Shown here in pieces: positions 1 to 10,587 of a DNA stretch of 64,000 nucleotides. Source of the stretch: a virus (Duplodnaviria > Caudoviricetes); IMG/VR virus record IMGVR_UViG_3300014205_000010, positions 27,321 to 91,320 of that record; one strand, given 5' to 3'. The notes beneath the pieces are model-generated. The model made no database searches. It saw only the letters and a list, made by a program, of their open reading frames with translations, and was not told where the DNA came from. The first letter of the stretch is position 1. Every line of letters starts with the position of its first letter. The translations under genes were made by a program, and so were the position numbers.

Positions 1-2175
1 AATAAGATTATAGCTGCTGCAATAGCTGGTGTACTTGCTCCATTTACAGCTTTCATCGCTATTCCGCTCACTCTATTCTTGAAGTTCGATGGACCTGGAT
101 TTATATCTAATGTTGTTAACGAGGTTCAAGGGTATGTAGACACTCTTCAAACTAAACTCTCTGATATATTATCTGGTATTGGTGGAGGAATATCTGCAGT
201 AACTGGTGGAATTGGAGATTTCCTTTCTAATCCAGCTAGTCTTGTATCTGGTTTTTCAGCTGCTATTGTTGGAGTGTTTAGTTCTACCGTTTCAACGATA
301 ACTGGTTTTGCTACTGACGTATTTAACCTCGGTGGATCTGTTCTTGTTGGTATATCTAGTTTCTTCAGCGGAATAGGCGGTATAATAGGTAATACTGCAA
401 GAGACGTCGGTGGATTTGCAAGTGGTCTATTAGGAGGCATAACATCTTTTGTCTCTTACGTTGGCGGACCACTTGTAGGAGCTATCGGTAATGTTCTATC
501 ATTCTTAGAGCCATGGTTAAATTTCTTTGGCACCATAGCAAGAATATCTGGAGATTTACTAGCTCTTCCATATAATATATTTGCAGACTTCTTAAATGTT
601 ACTCTTGTACCAATTCTAGAGCTTATTGTTCCTAAGGCTATTGGAGTATTTGTCGGAGCCTTTGGTGCTATTAAACAGCTTGGTTCAAATATATTTGGTC
701 CAGTTGTAGCAGCTGTTGGTGGAGGAATATCAAAACTAGCCACCATTATTACTGATGAATTTGTAGCCTCCTTTAGCCATGCCAAGAATTTTCTTACAGA
801 TACATTCTTGCCTGGTCTTGGTTCAGTTGCTTCATATATTGGTGGTGGATTCAGAGATGCATTCACCGGAACTATAACGTTCCTTACTGAAGACTTTTTG
901 CCTGGTCTTGGCTCAGTTGCTTCTGCTATCGGTGGAGCATTTGCATCTGCATTTACTGGAATTGGAACTCTTGTTACAGATGCAGTAACCGGAATACCAG
1001 GAGTAATAGAACTCGCGCTTGGTGGTATAACTAATACTATTACCAGTGTTTTTGCTCCTCCATTTAAAGCCTCAATGGATGCTGTTGGAGCTATAGTAAC
1101 TGGTACAGTAGATAATATAATCGCACCAGCTTTTAATAGCATACCTGGTATAATATCTGCAGTAGCTGAGCCAGTACAAAATGCTCTTAGTCCAATAACT
1201 AGTGCTATTTCTGGTGCGTTCTCTAGTGGCCTTGATTTTATTCAAAATACATTCATACCATTCTTCTTCACAGATCTGCCAAATACTCTTAATGGATTTG
1301 CCAGCAAGGTAGAAGCATTTACTTCTTCTGATTTTCTCAACAGTCCATTTACATCATTTAAGAAACTGTTGACTGATGATATACTTCCATTCCTCGGTAC
1401 TATACCCGAAACCGTTGGTGGATTCTTCTCTGGTCTTGGTACAACTCTTGCAGGTATAGATTATACTGCTCCATTTTCAGTTTTTGCTACGTTTATTGAA
1501 GAAAGATTCTTCCCACTTCTTGTTTCAATCGTAAATAATATCAGAACCTATGTTACTGGTATATCCACAAACTTTGGAACATTTGTTAGTAACTTTACTG
1601 GTCATGTTGGAAGAATGGTCCAAGAGGTTACCAATCTTCCTACGAGGATTGTTAGTGCCGTTGGGACTGGCTTAACAACATTGTATAATTTTGGTTATAA
1701 TGTTGTTGTAGGGTTTATAAACGGTATTAGAGCTAAGTTTACAGATCTTACAAATACTATTCAGGAACTAGTTAATCTTATACCTGGGCCGGTTAGGTCA
1801 GCTCTAGGATTAACGTCTCCTTCAAAGTTGTTTAGAGGATTTGGTAAGAATATAGTCGAAGGGTTAGTGATAGGATTAAGATCAGAAAGTAGTTCAGTTA
1901 CTGGCATTATGAAGCAAATATCTGATGAAGTATCGAATGGTTTTAGTGTTAAAATACCTGATGGCCAAATTGAGGCCTCGAGATTCGCCAAATCCTTCCT
2001 TGGAGGAGTTGATAGAGAGCTTGCGAGAAGCCCAGCCATTAATGCATTCCTCAAAGCTAATATCAATCAAGTGACTGTTAATCAAGAGGGTAATAAACAG
2101 CAGATTGTTAAGACTAAAAACAATTCTGATACAGCTAATGTTGTTAGCAGAATCGTTAAGGCGGCAGGAAATTGA
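1..2175 (+). CDS. Tail tape measure protein, C-terminal part (5' truncated by the window)
   Basis: Frame is open from base 1. G/A/S/F-rich amphipathic repeats, an internal 30-aa duplication (FLPGLGSVAS at about 805 and 895), and the C-terminal SPSKLFRGFGKNIVEGL motif typical of tape measure proteins. Confidence 0.9.
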   Translation, partial: NKIIAAAIAGVLAPFTAFIAIPLTLFLKFDGPGFISNVVNEVQGYVDTLQTKLSDILSGIGGGISAVTGGIGDFLSNPASLVSGFSAAIVGVFSSTVSTITGFATDVFNLGGSVLVGISSFFSGIGGIIGNTARDVGGFASGLLGGITSFVSYVGGPLVGAIGNVLSFLEPWLNFFGTIARISGDLLALPYNIFADFLNVTLVPILELIVPKAIGVFVGAFGAIKQLGSNIFGPVVAAVGGGISKLATIITDEFVASFSHAKNFLTDTFLPGLGSVASYIGGGFRDAFTGTITFLTEDFLPGLGSVASAIGGAFASAFTGIGTLVTDAVTGIPGVIELALGGITNTITSVFAPPFKASMDAVGAIVTGTVDNIIAPAFNSIPGIISAVAEPVQNALSPITSAISGAFSSGLDFIQNTFIPFFFTDLPNTLNGFASKVEAFTSSDFLNSPFTSFKKLLTDDILPFLGTIPETVGGFFSGLGTTLAGIDYTAPFSVFATFIEERFFPLLVSIVNNIRTYVTGISTNFGTFVSNFTGHVGRMVQEVTNLPTRIVSAVGTGLTTLYNFGYNVVVGFINGIRAKFTDLTNTIQELVNLIPGPVRSALGLTSPSKLFRGFGKNIVEGLVIGLRSESSSVTGIMKQISDEVSNGFSVKIPDGQIEASRFAKSFLGGVDRELARSPAINAFLKANINQVTVNQEGNKQQIVKTKNNSDTANVVSRIVKAAGN

Positions 2176-2555
2176 GTGAATTTAGAATAGGAAATGCAAT
2201 TATATCCTTGACAGATTTAATAGATGATCCTCACCCTATAGAGGTTCTTACTCAGCAGATTGGGTTTACATTAGCTGGTAACCCAATAAATTCTGCTTTT
2301 GAGACTATAATCTGGAGATGGACTAATATGTCTCAACCAGGTTGGAATCAAATTATGGAGTTTTGGAAAACAAACGTCGAGATAGCTAATCCTCCAGCCC
2401 ATGTTTATATTACTTCTAGAAAAGAAACTGGTGAAATATTTGAATTTGGAAACTATAAGTGTCGTATGGGAAAACCTGTCAGCACCGTTGATGCCGTAGT
2501 ATCTCAAATTAGAAATGGACAGGTCACATTTTATCAGTGTGAGTTATTGTCTTGA
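2172..2555 (+). CDS. Putative distal tail (Dit-like) protein
   Basis: 127 aa, coupled directly to the tape measure stop. Called from position only. Confidence 0.5.
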   Translation: MSEFRIGNAIISLTDLIDDPHPIEVLTQQIGFTLAGNPINSAFETIIWRWTNMSQPGWNQIMEFWKTNVEIANPPAHVYITSRKETGEIFEFGNYKCRMGKPVSTVDAVVSQIRNGQVTFYQCELLS

Positions 2556-5500
2556 CTTATATACAGCAATATGGTAATTTACTTTATACTTCTGTAGCTT
2601 TTTCTACATATTCAGAAACAGACCAAAGAACATACTGGGGTATTAAAGCTGATCAAGAGATTCCATTTTTCAAGACTTATGATATTTCTCCTGTTCCAAT
2701 AGATCCACTTCCTGAACCTGTTGCAAACGATTATGACCCGACTTTAAACAAGTTGAGCTATACTACTGTAGCTTTTTCATCTTATATACACATTGTTAAT
2801 CAGGCCAGATTTATGGCTATTAGAGATCCAGAAGTTCCAGTATATATAGCTGACCAAGTTTTATCTGAAATTAATCCAACTCATGCTTATAACACAGCCG
2901 CAGTTTATGGAACATATGGATCTCATTTACAGAATTTATCTTATACATCTGTAGCTTTTAGATCTAATCTTATAGCTGGTCCAAAAGTAGACTGGAAAGG
3001 TATACCAGACCCAGAAATACCTTATCAACAGTATCCAGTAGCTATTGTTACTCCATATAGCCAGAAGGTTTCTCAAACTCAAAATGCTTTAGTGTCTGGA
3101 TCTGATTCATATACTACAGCAAATAATCCAGCCGTTATTATTGAACTCTGGGAATGGGAATGGGGAGATGACACCGTAAATGGTTTTGGAGAACAAGCTT
3201 TTCATTCATATGCTGAATTAGGTACTTATGTTGGCACATTAACTGTAACAGATTCTCTAGGTCAAAAAGCTAAGGCTAGTTTTACAGTAGAAGTTCTTGA
3301 ATTTGCAGAAAATAGAACTTTATACGCAACTAGTGAAGAGGCCGATCTTTTTGTTACCTTTGATAATGGTGAAAGTTGGAGAAAATACGCAACTAGATCT
3401 ATAAAACAGCAAACAATGAAAAATGTTTCTGGTAGATGCGTTGAGTCGGATCCAATTAATCAGTTTATGGCATACTTTGGTTTTAATAATGGAACGGTGT
3501 GGAAAACAAGAGATGGTCTTGGTACATTAGATTTACTGTATGATCTAGGCAGAAAAGTAGATATAACCAGTATTTCTATTGATCCTTATACTGGATATAA
3601 ACTATACTTTTCAACAGAAGATGGATATATATACGAAGCTGATTCAGACGGTTTTACACCGCTTAAAGTTATCGGAAATTTTGGTGAAACGTCAAAAATA
3701 AATGTCATAAAAGTTGGCGGTATTGGTGGAAATAAAATTCTTGCAGGTTTTCAAGAGCCAACTGGAGTAAGCTTACACCCTGGAAGTATATTCTATGACG
3801 AAGAATTTCCTTACTATCAACCTAATACAGCTAGTCTTTCTACTCTTAAGCAGTATAAAAAAGGTTCTGCTATAACATCTGTTACAGATGGGCATGGAAA
3901 TCCAGTTACTGACGGCGAAGGAAATCAGATAGTTAGGACCACTTATTTTAATGGCTGGTATAACGAAAGTGATGTTTTTGACGAGCCACCTGAAATAGAT
4001 TCTTATGTAAAAGAACCCGTTCTTGATATTGCTTTTAGCAGATATAATTCTCGTATATATTTTGCAGCTACTTCTGGGTATGTTCTTGAATATGGAAATA
4101 CAGCAAATGATGAAAGTCCATTTGGAGAGCCTACATATCGGACAAATAAATATGAACAGGTAGGTCTTAACAGTATAGATTCTGTTCTTATTAGACATGT
4201 ATTTTTGCCTAACGGAGAATACGCTAGGGCAGTAGGTGATGGCGGAATTATAGCTGGTGCATCTAGTACTCCGCATCTTGTTAAATCAATACGAGGAGAA
4301 ATTAGTCCAGGAACTCCTGGCTTTGTTAATGCTATTGCCTTGCCTCAGCATAGTCCATTTGGTCCAGTTCCAGAGGCTCAAATAGTTAAAGCTGATAATT
4401 CTACTCAGAATAAATTTTGGTGGACATATCATAATGGAGTTTTCAGAAGTTACGAAGGCACGTATTATTTAGGATATCAAACTGGAAGGCATCCAAGCAG
4501 TGTTGATGTTCCAATTCTTATCACCTATACGCAGTCTTATTATCTTCTAACAGCTCCATCTTATATCAGAGGTATATCTCAAGGACCAACAATATCTGCA
4601 TATGATATTCCAAAAACATTTTGGGATCCACTCCTCCCAATAAAAATACCATACAATCCAGGTAATACATACTTTCCGATATATTATCCATACTTTCCGA
4701 TATATTATCCGCCATATCTTGGTTACGATGGTTATCCTGGATATTTTCCAGATGGACCATATTATCCGTATCTTCCTCCTTTACCTTATCCAGATCCTGG
4801 TACATTATATCCACCAGATTGGCAACCACCAGGTACTTATGATCCATTTCCAGACCCACCATATCCACCTCCACCAACATGGACTGGAGGAACATTTCCT
4901 ACAGATATAAATCCATTTATGCCAATTGGTCCGTATGGTACAAGATGTGGTATAACAGATAATGCTACTTTCTTATCACAGCCAGTAAATGTCAGCCAAA
5001 ACGATATATATTTTCAGACTCCTTCAGCTAGAGATTTTGAAGTTGGAGAATATGTAGACATTCAGGTTGAAAAAATGAGAGTTCTTGAAGTACATCCCGG
5101 TATGTTAATTGTAGAAAGAGGAGCGCTGAATACAATACCATATCCTCATTATAGAACTGAAATTATAAGAGCAGTTATAGAAACAGGAGATTTTGAGACA
5201 GGTAATGGAGTAGTCTTGAATGAAGCTATAACTTCTACTCAGACTGTTATACCATTTATAATACCAGGAGCTGAAGGATTTGATGTTGACGATTATGTCA
5301 TGGGTAACCTTGAAAAAATGCGAATACTCTCGATATCAGTTGATGATATAACTGTTGTACGAGGAGTACTTGGCACAACTGCAACAAGCCACCCTCTTGG
5401 AACAATCCTCTGGGCAATAACTCCTGATTCTGGTGGAGATCAAGTAGTAGGTCTTAAAGCATCACAAGATATACATGCCGATGATACTGACTTGTATTTT

Positions 5501-6802
5501 GAAGATGTTAGACCTTTTGATCTTGGTGGGGTATATGAGATAGATGATGGCCATGGGACCATAGAGAATATATTTGTCCATTCCAAGACGGAATTTGGTC
5601 CTCCATTCTTTCCTGGGCAAGGATACATTTCTGTTTCTCGTGGATATAACGGAACTGTTCCTTCTTTCTTTGTTAAAGGCTGGTTTGCTCATCCATTTGA
5701 ATATGGAGCCAGATCTAAATACAAAATCTCTAAGCTAATAGCTGGAGATATTAGAATTGGTACTCAAAGTGGCGGATCTTTTGAGGATTCTGAGTTCCAT
5801 GTGGTATCTCCGACATCTATGAGATGTTCTCTTATAAGACCAACTGCTATATCTGGAGATAAAGTAGGTTTACAAGTAGATGTTCATGCAAGTCAAGTAG
5901 CCATAGGTTTCTTTTGCAGAATTGATATGCCTGGGTATGAAGCTAGCGAAGAACCACCTCAATGGGGATTAGAATATGCCGCTGTTAATCAGTGGTATGG
6001 ACTATTTGGAACCATGATAGGGTTTTCTTGTGATGGCCCTAATTATGAATCTGGTATTATAAGAAGAAGTCAATGGCCTGGCAATCCTAAGTATTATCCT
6101 CCAATTGGAGGCTCATTAACTATGGGTAACTGGGCCTGGGCAAACGGTCAATTGCAAGAATATTCAAGTCAATTTGATACTACTACTCCTACTCAGTGGG
6201 CTATTCCAGATGTAGCTGGTGCTCATATACCTATAAGAAAATGGTTTTGGATTTCTGCGGTATTTGATGTACATGCACAACCATTCAAAACAGATATAGG
6301 TGAACATGAAACTAGGTTATTTGAAGAATATGAATTCTGGGATCCGACTATTATTTGGAAAATTACTAGCATATATGGAGATATAATTACTAGTGATTCT
6401 AATCGAAATGGAATAATTAGTTTAAATGTTGTAGATAACCCGCAAGCTATTTTAGCAAAAGCTGGAAATTTTGCTGACAAAGAGTTTTTTACCGTAGGTA
6501 ATTATAAAAATATTTATGATGCTCTGCATTTTGATGGATGGGATAGCAGAGTGGCTAGCTCTCAACTAGATGGACCTCAGTTTGATAAGATATTTATTGG
6601 TCCTCATGTTGCTGTGAATGAATATCTTGAATCACTTGGTTATGGATGGAATATTCCACCAGATATAACTGTTTGGTATGATGGTATAGATATTAGACCA
6701 GGTGAAAATCAATTATTTGGGCCTCCAGCCATAACTAATTTAAAGGGTGAATGGCAAGAACCTGGAACTGAATTATGGCCATGGCAATATGGAGAACTAT
6801 GA
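2552..6802 (+). CDS. Large tail/receptor-binding protein (PKD domain, beta-propeller-like region, Pro/Tyr linker, repeats)
   Basis: PKD signature WEWGDD...HSY..LGTYVGTLTVTDS; BNR-like TFDNGESW and TRDG; three N-terminal LxYTxVAF repeats; three central E(K)MR..V.RG..(G/N)T repeats. Confidence 0.75.
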   Translation: MTYIQQYGNLLYTSVAFSTYSETDQRTYWGIKADQEIPFFKTYDISPVPIDPLPEPVANDYDPTLNKLSYTTVAFSSYIHIVNQARFMAIRDPEVPVYIADQVLSEINPTHAYNTAAVYGTYGSHLQNLSYTSVAFRSNLIAGPKVDWKGIPDPEIPYQQYPVAIVTPYSQKVSQTQNALVSGSDSYTTANNPAVIIELWEWEWGDDTVNGFGEQAFHSYAELGTYVGTLTVTDSLGQKAKASFTVEVLEFAENRTLYATSEEADLFVTFDNGESWRKYATRSIKQQTMKNVSGRCVESDPINQFMAYFGFNNGTVWKTRDGLGTLDLLYDLGRKVDITSISIDPYTGYKLYFSTEDGYIYEADSDGFTPLKVIGNFGETSKINVIKVGGIGGNKILAGFQEPTGVSLHPGSIFYDEEFPYYQPNTASLSTLKQYKKGSAITSVTDGHGNPVTDGEGNQIVRTTYFNGWYNESDVFDEPPEIDSYVKEPVLDIAFSRYNSRIYFAATSGYVLEYGNTANDESPFGEPTYRTNKYEQVGLNSIDSVLIRHVFLPNGEYARAVGDGGIIAGASSTPHLVKSIRGEISPGTPGFVNAIALPQHSPFGPVPEAQIVKADNSTQNKFWWTYHNGVFRSYEGTYYLGYQTGRHPSSVDVPILITYTQSYYLLTAPSYIRGISQGPTISAYDIPKTFWDPLLPIKIPYNPGNTYFPIYYPYFPIYYPPYLGYDGYPGYFPDGPYYPYLPPLPYPDPGTLYPPDWQPPGTYDPFPDPPYPPPPTWTGGTFPTDINPFMPIGPYGTRCGITDNATFLSQPVNVSQNDIYFQTPSARDFEVGEYVDIQVEKMRVLEVHPGMLIVERGALNTIPYPHYRTEIIRAVIETGDFETGNGVVLNEAITSTQTVIPFIIPGAEGFDVDDYVMGNLEKMRILSISVDDITVVRGVLGTTATSHPLGTILWAITPDSGGDQVVGLKASQDIHADDTDLYFEDVRPFDLGGVYEIDDGHGTIENIFVHSKTEFGPPFFPGQGYISVSRGYNGTVPSFFVKGWFAHPFEYGARSKYKISKLIAGDIRIGTQSGGSFEDSEFHVVSPTSMRCSLIRPTAISGDKVGLQVDVHASQVAIGFFCRIDMPGYEASEEPPQWGLEYAAVNQWYGLFGTMIGFSCDGPNYESGIIRRSQWPGNPKYYPPIGGSLTMGNWAWANGQLQEYSSQFDTTTPTQWAIPDVAGAHIPIRKWFWISAVFDVHAQPFKTDIGEHETRLFEEYEFWDPTIIWKITSIYGDIITSDSNRNGIISLNVVDNPQAILAKAGNFADKEFFTVGNYKNIYDALHFDGWDSRVASSQLDGPQFDKIFIGPHVAVNEYLESLGYGWNIPPDITVWYDGIDIRPGENQLFGPPAITNLKGEWQEPGTELWPWQYGEL

Positions 6803-6851
6803 TTTGAAATTCCTAGAAATAAAAACTTAAAGAATAGGTTATAATATCATT

Positions 6852-7886
6852 ATGGCGATTATTCATGACTCTATATACCCAGTGACTGTAAGTGGTGGAT
6901 TATCTCAAGGTGGATACACCTGTACTTTCACCATTTCCGAGGCTGCTAATGAAATTCTACCTGATCAGCAGATTAGTCTGTATATAGATGATAAATATGG
7001 CATATCATGGCATGGATCTCATCTTCTTTTCTCTGGATATATACCTAGCGGAAATATTAGAAGAAGACAAGAATCTGGCTTATTTGAAGTAACTGCTCAT
7101 ACTGCAGATTATATGCTTAGAAGACTATTTCTTCCAGGTACTGCATATAGAGAAGGAAATAACGAAAATACAAAAACTCCAAGTTCTCTGAAACTTTCTT
7201 ATATCATAGAAAATATTCTTACGAGAATGACAAATGCTAGCAATTATATAACTTGGAATATAGAAGAATCTGATTTTGAAATACCTGAATACTCAATTGA
7301 TGAAGGAGATCCATGGTCTTGGTTTGAAGAAATATCAGACTACGACCAGTTTTTACTGTATTTTAAGAGAATAAATGAGCTTCAGTATCATAAGCATCCT
7401 ATGTTTTTGCCTGAACCTCCCAATGCTATTTTTGATTTCAATAAAGATACAATGTCAGATATTACTATACAAAGACTTGATCCATACCAGGTCTCACAGG
7501 CCTATGTCATTGGGTTCTTTAAGTATACCACCTTTGCCTCACTATATCCACTCATACCTGTCGAATCCGGTGGAAAGCTGCTTGAGAAGAAGGGTGTACC
7601 TGTTAAAACTCAACAAGACGTGGACACAATCGCTCGACGAATGTTTATATTCAATAATTCAAAATATGCAGTAACTATTACAGATCATAGAAATCATCAC
7701 CTGGAAATAGGTGATATAGTTACTGTAACTCATGTTAATGACGAAGATGGTATTGACTGGTCGTTTGGCAAAAGATTTTATGTAGAAAATGTTTCATTTA
7801 GTTTTGATCTTTCTGATGGAAATCCAGTGTTAAATGCTAGTTTTGAGTTAATTGAAATACCTGAGCAGGTATATTTTAATGCCTGA
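6852..7886 (+). CDS. Putative baseplate hub / Tal-like tail protein
   Basis: Position in the tail module; LFSGYI and HLEIGDIVTV...FYVENVSFSF patterns resemble tail hub proteins. Confidence 0.6.
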   Translation: MAIIHDSIYPVTVSGGLSQGGYTCTFTISEAANEILPDQQISLYIDDKYGISWHGSHLLFSGYIPSGNIRRRQESGLFEVTAHTADYMLRRLFLPGTAYREGNNENTKTPSSLKLSYIIENILTRMTNASNYITWNIEESDFEIPEYSIDEGDPWSWFEEISDYDQFLLYFKRINELQYHKHPMFLPEPPNAIFDFNKDTMSDITIQRLDPYQVSQAYVIGFFKYTTFASLYPLIPVESGGKLLEKKGVPVKTQQDVDTIARRMFIFNNSKYAVTITDHRNHHLEIGDIVTVTHVNDEDGIDWSFGKRFYVENVSFSFDLSDGNPVLNASFELIEIPEQVYFNA

Positions 7887-8847
7887 TTTTAATAATGACC
7901 CAGAAGATAGTGGATTTTCTCTTCAAAAAGATAGATCTTCAAAATTACTTCGTAGAATGTTTAAACCTTCTGAGATAATTAGATGTTCTGTTATAGAAAC
8001 AGTTGATGATGAAACTGTAATGGTATTAACTCCAAGATTAACATACAGATATGTAAGAAAGCCAGCTAATGTTTATGTTACATATGGAACCCAAGTAAGT
8101 GTGTTTAATCCTGGTGGTCAAAGTTCTGGCAAACTCCTAGAGATGATAAATGTTTCTCCTGATGCCAGTTCTCCAGCAGGTGTATCTGCTATTAATAGTC
8201 TTCAAGGCGAAGTAAGCGTATATGGCTCTGGTGTTATTACGGTTACAGAAGATGGTAACGACATTATAATTTCTTCTGAAGCGAGCGGTGGCGGAACTGA
8301 TTATGAAGCTGGGCTAGGAATTGCTATAGGCACTGGTGTCATTTCTGCTAATTTAGTTGCTGGAGATAATATAACTCTTACTGACCTTGGTGGTAACGCT
8401 CTAGAAATAAATTCTTCAGCTGGAGGTGGTGGTGGAACAAATACTAGACATGGAGCTTCAGCTTCTTTATCTGGGTATGTTGGAATACCTACCGCATCAG
8501 CTACCGTAATAGATTGGGTGGTAAGTAATGATACAGATAGTTATGAAACAGCTAATCCAGGAGAATTCAAGGTCCCAACTGGTTTAGCTGGTGTATATGT
8601 AATATCAGTTACAGCTCAATGGGATGAAGCAAATTCAACTGGCATTAGATCGCTAATAATTGTTGCAGCTGGAAATACAGTAGCTAGAACTGATTTTGCT
8701 GCAGCAGATTATTCTACTCCAAATTTTCAAGCTCATATTGTTATGCCTCTGGATGTTAATGATGTAGTTTATATACAGACATATCAAAATTCAGGTACAA
8801 CACTTGACTATTACGGTAGATTTAATATGTACAGGATTTCAGATTGA
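7879..8847 (+). CDS. Tail fibre/spike with C-terminal C1q/TNF-like domain
   Basis: Gly-rich linkers; C-terminal FKVPTGLAGVYVISV...LDVNDVVYIQTYQNSG. Likely start is the ATG at 7879 overlapping the upstream stop. Confidence 0.65.
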   Translation: MPDFNNDPEDSGFSLQKDRSSKLLRRMFKPSEIIRCSVIETVDDETVMVLTPRLTYRYVRKPANVYVTYGTQVSVFNPGGQSSGKLLEMINVSPDASSPAGVSAINSLQGEVSVYGSGVITVTEDGNDIIISSEASGGGTDYEAGLGIAIGTGVISANLVAGDNITLTDLGGNALEINSSAGGGGGTNTRHGASASLSGYVGIPTASATVIDWVVSNDTDSYETANPGEFKVPTGLAGVYVISVTAQWDEANSTGIRSLIIVAAGNTVARTDFAAADYSTPNFQAHIVMPLDVNDVVYIQTYQNSGTTLDYYGRFNMYRISD

Positions 8848-9143
8848 TATTTCTAGCTGCTGAGCTACCAATTAATTTTATAGTGGCGGTTGGAGCTTTT
8901 GGAGCTACTGCTATTACCGGAATGGCTAGTTTGATAGCCTGGATGATTAAGGAGGAATATAAAAGATCAGCTACAAGAGGAAGAGAAGATGCCCTGCTAG
9001 TCGAGAATGCGGCCCTTAAAAAGGAGCTGTCAAGAATGACCGAAAAGAGTAAAAGTCTTGAAGACTTAGTGGAAGAGTTGGAACATGAACGCGACTACGA
9101 AAGAAAACGAGCTATCGAGGCCTCTCGTGAAATCAATTCTTGA
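8844..9143 (+). CDS. Membrane-anchored coiled-coil protein (lysis region)
   Basis: N-terminal hydrophobic helix followed by a charged heptad region. Confidence 0.6.
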   Translation: MIFLAAELPINFIVAVGAFGATAITGMASLIAWMIKEEYKRSATRGREDALLVENAALKKELSRMTEKSKSLEDLVEELEHERDYERKRAIEASREINS

Positions 9144-9378
9144 CAAGATAAGAGAGTGGGCCTATTTGTTTTCTTCAGAAAATACAAGACACCAAATAGA
9201 GAGAGCTAATGAAGCTAAAAAAGCTGAAGTAGAAGGTGAACTTAGCTTGATGCGGTTGGCTAGCAAAAGTTTCGAGTGGAGGAGAGACTTCATAGATGGC
9301 CAAGCTAGAAGAGAAGAAATTAATTGGAGACAATTTAGAGAAGAGGCAGCCAATAGAAAAGAAAATAATTTGGGGTGA
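9085..9378 (+). CDS. Hypothetical protein
   Basis: ORF in operon orientation. Confidence 0.5.
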   Translation: MNATTKENELSRPLVKSILDKIREWAYLFSSENTRHQIERANEAKKAEVEGELSLMRLASKSFEWRRDFIDGQARREEINWRQFREEAANRKENNLG

Positions 9379-9381
9379 AAA

Positions 9382-9786
9382 ATGGGTTGGAAAATAATCA
9401 TTGAGATAGAGTCTACAGTCTTTTTCTTGCTGTGGTTATTTTTGTTAGTATATGCCAAACCTAGTTTTAATCATACATGGAGACAAAAGAAACCATTTTC
9501 CAAGGGAATCATGTATTCTACTGTACTTGGCTTATTTATTTCTGGTATACTTATGCTTATGGCTTTCTTTGGTAGGGCACCATCATCCACGGGTATCGCG
9601 CTCCTTGGAATTCTCCTAAGGATATCTATTGGAGCTTTTGGATTGATTAACCTATTCGTGATAAGATCAATATATCACAGAAAGGAGCCATTTTTTACTG
9701 AAGAAAAACAAGATGAGTTAGCTCGAGAACTAAACATACAAAGATGGCAAGTAAATGTAGTTATCAGAAGATTTATCGATGGGTAA
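9382..9786 (+). CDS. Membrane protein (about 3 TM helices), possibly holin-associated
   Basis: Three hydrophobic segments. Confidence 0.6.
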   Translation: MGWKIIIEIESTVFFLLWLFLLVYAKPSFNHTWRQKKPFSKGIMYSTVLGLFISGILMLMAFFGRAPSSTGIALLGILLRISIGAFGLINLFVIRSIYHRKEPFFTEEKQDELARELNIQRWQVNVVIRRFIDG

Positions 9787-9895
9787 ATCATATTAATTTG
9801 GAGGTATAGAAATTGTAACATTATCTATTTTCGGGTTTGAAATAATCAGAAGTTCAGTAATAGAAAGAAAAATTCAGGAAGTTAAGGAGATAATT

Positions 9896-10114
9896 ATGGC
9901 TAGTGTAGAAGATTTTACGGTTGCTTTTAGCCGAGTTAATGAGGCAACCAATGGTATTGCGGCTAAGCTTACCGAGCTTAGGGATCAGGTAGCAAATTCA
10001 GGCCTTAGTTCAGAACAAGAAGCTGACGTTCTTTCACAGCTTGACACCTTAGCATCGCAACTTACCGCAATGGCACAGGACCCAGAAAATCCTGTCCCTG
10101 AATCGACTGAATAA
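9896..10114 (+). CDS. Small coiled-coil protein
   Basis: AAGGAG RBS; helical acidic sequence. Confidence 0.7.
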   Translation: MASVEDFTVAFSRVNEATNGIAAKLTELRDQVANSGLSSEQEADVLSQLDTLASQLTAMAQDPENPVPESTE

Positions 10115-10503
10115 TGGATCTTGGTGAACCTACCGTAAGAAATTGGAATGAAGTATTTCAGGCTTTTGACCCTGACAAGGTAATATGGCTTGCTGTACTT
10201 TTAGGATTAGAGTTTATTCTTGGTGTCCTGATTGCATTCAAGCGAAATGAATTTGATTGGGACCAAATTTTTGAGATTGCCAAGAAAAACGTCGTCATCA
10301 TGATTGCTTGGGCGGCCGCTTTTATTTATAGCGAGAACGCTGGCATCATAGTCTATGGCTTAGCACTGGCATATGTAGGCGGTTCAATTGCAGCCAATAT
10401 AACATCATTACTCGGGATATCAATAAGTGGTATTCCTGGGCAAATTCTGACAAGAGGTCCTGGAGACTCGAATAACACTGAAGTGTCTGACACAGACTCA
10501 TAA
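10114..10503 (+). CDS. Putative holin
   Basis: About 3 TM segments, LGLEFILGVLIAFKRNEFDW pattern, last gene of the late operon. Confidence 0.6.
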   Translation: MDLGEPTVRNWNEVFQAFDPDKVIWLAVLLGLEFILGVLIAFKRNEFDWDQIFEIAKKNVVIMIAWAAAFIYSENAGIIVYGLALAYVGGSIAANITSLLGISISGIPGQILTRGPGDSNNTEVSDTDS

Positions 10504-10544
10504 CATATGGGATTCCTAGCAGAAGGCTTCGCCACCCATCTCTG

Positions 10545-10577
10545 CTAGTCCTAGCCTCGGAGTAAGACTAGACTTTT
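10545..10577 (+). terminator. Possible terminator at the convergence of the late and replication operons
   Basis: CTAGTC...GACTAG stem followed by TTTT. Confidence 0.35.
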
Positions 10578-10587
10578 CGCCCTAGTT

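Noticed and set aside
147-6480. Minus-strand ORFs inside tail genes, and similar antisense or alternate-frame ORFs elsewhere (e.g. 23905-24183, 32175-32543)
   Set aside because: Shadows of biased or low-complexity coding sequence on the real strand, with no RBS or recognisable motifs.
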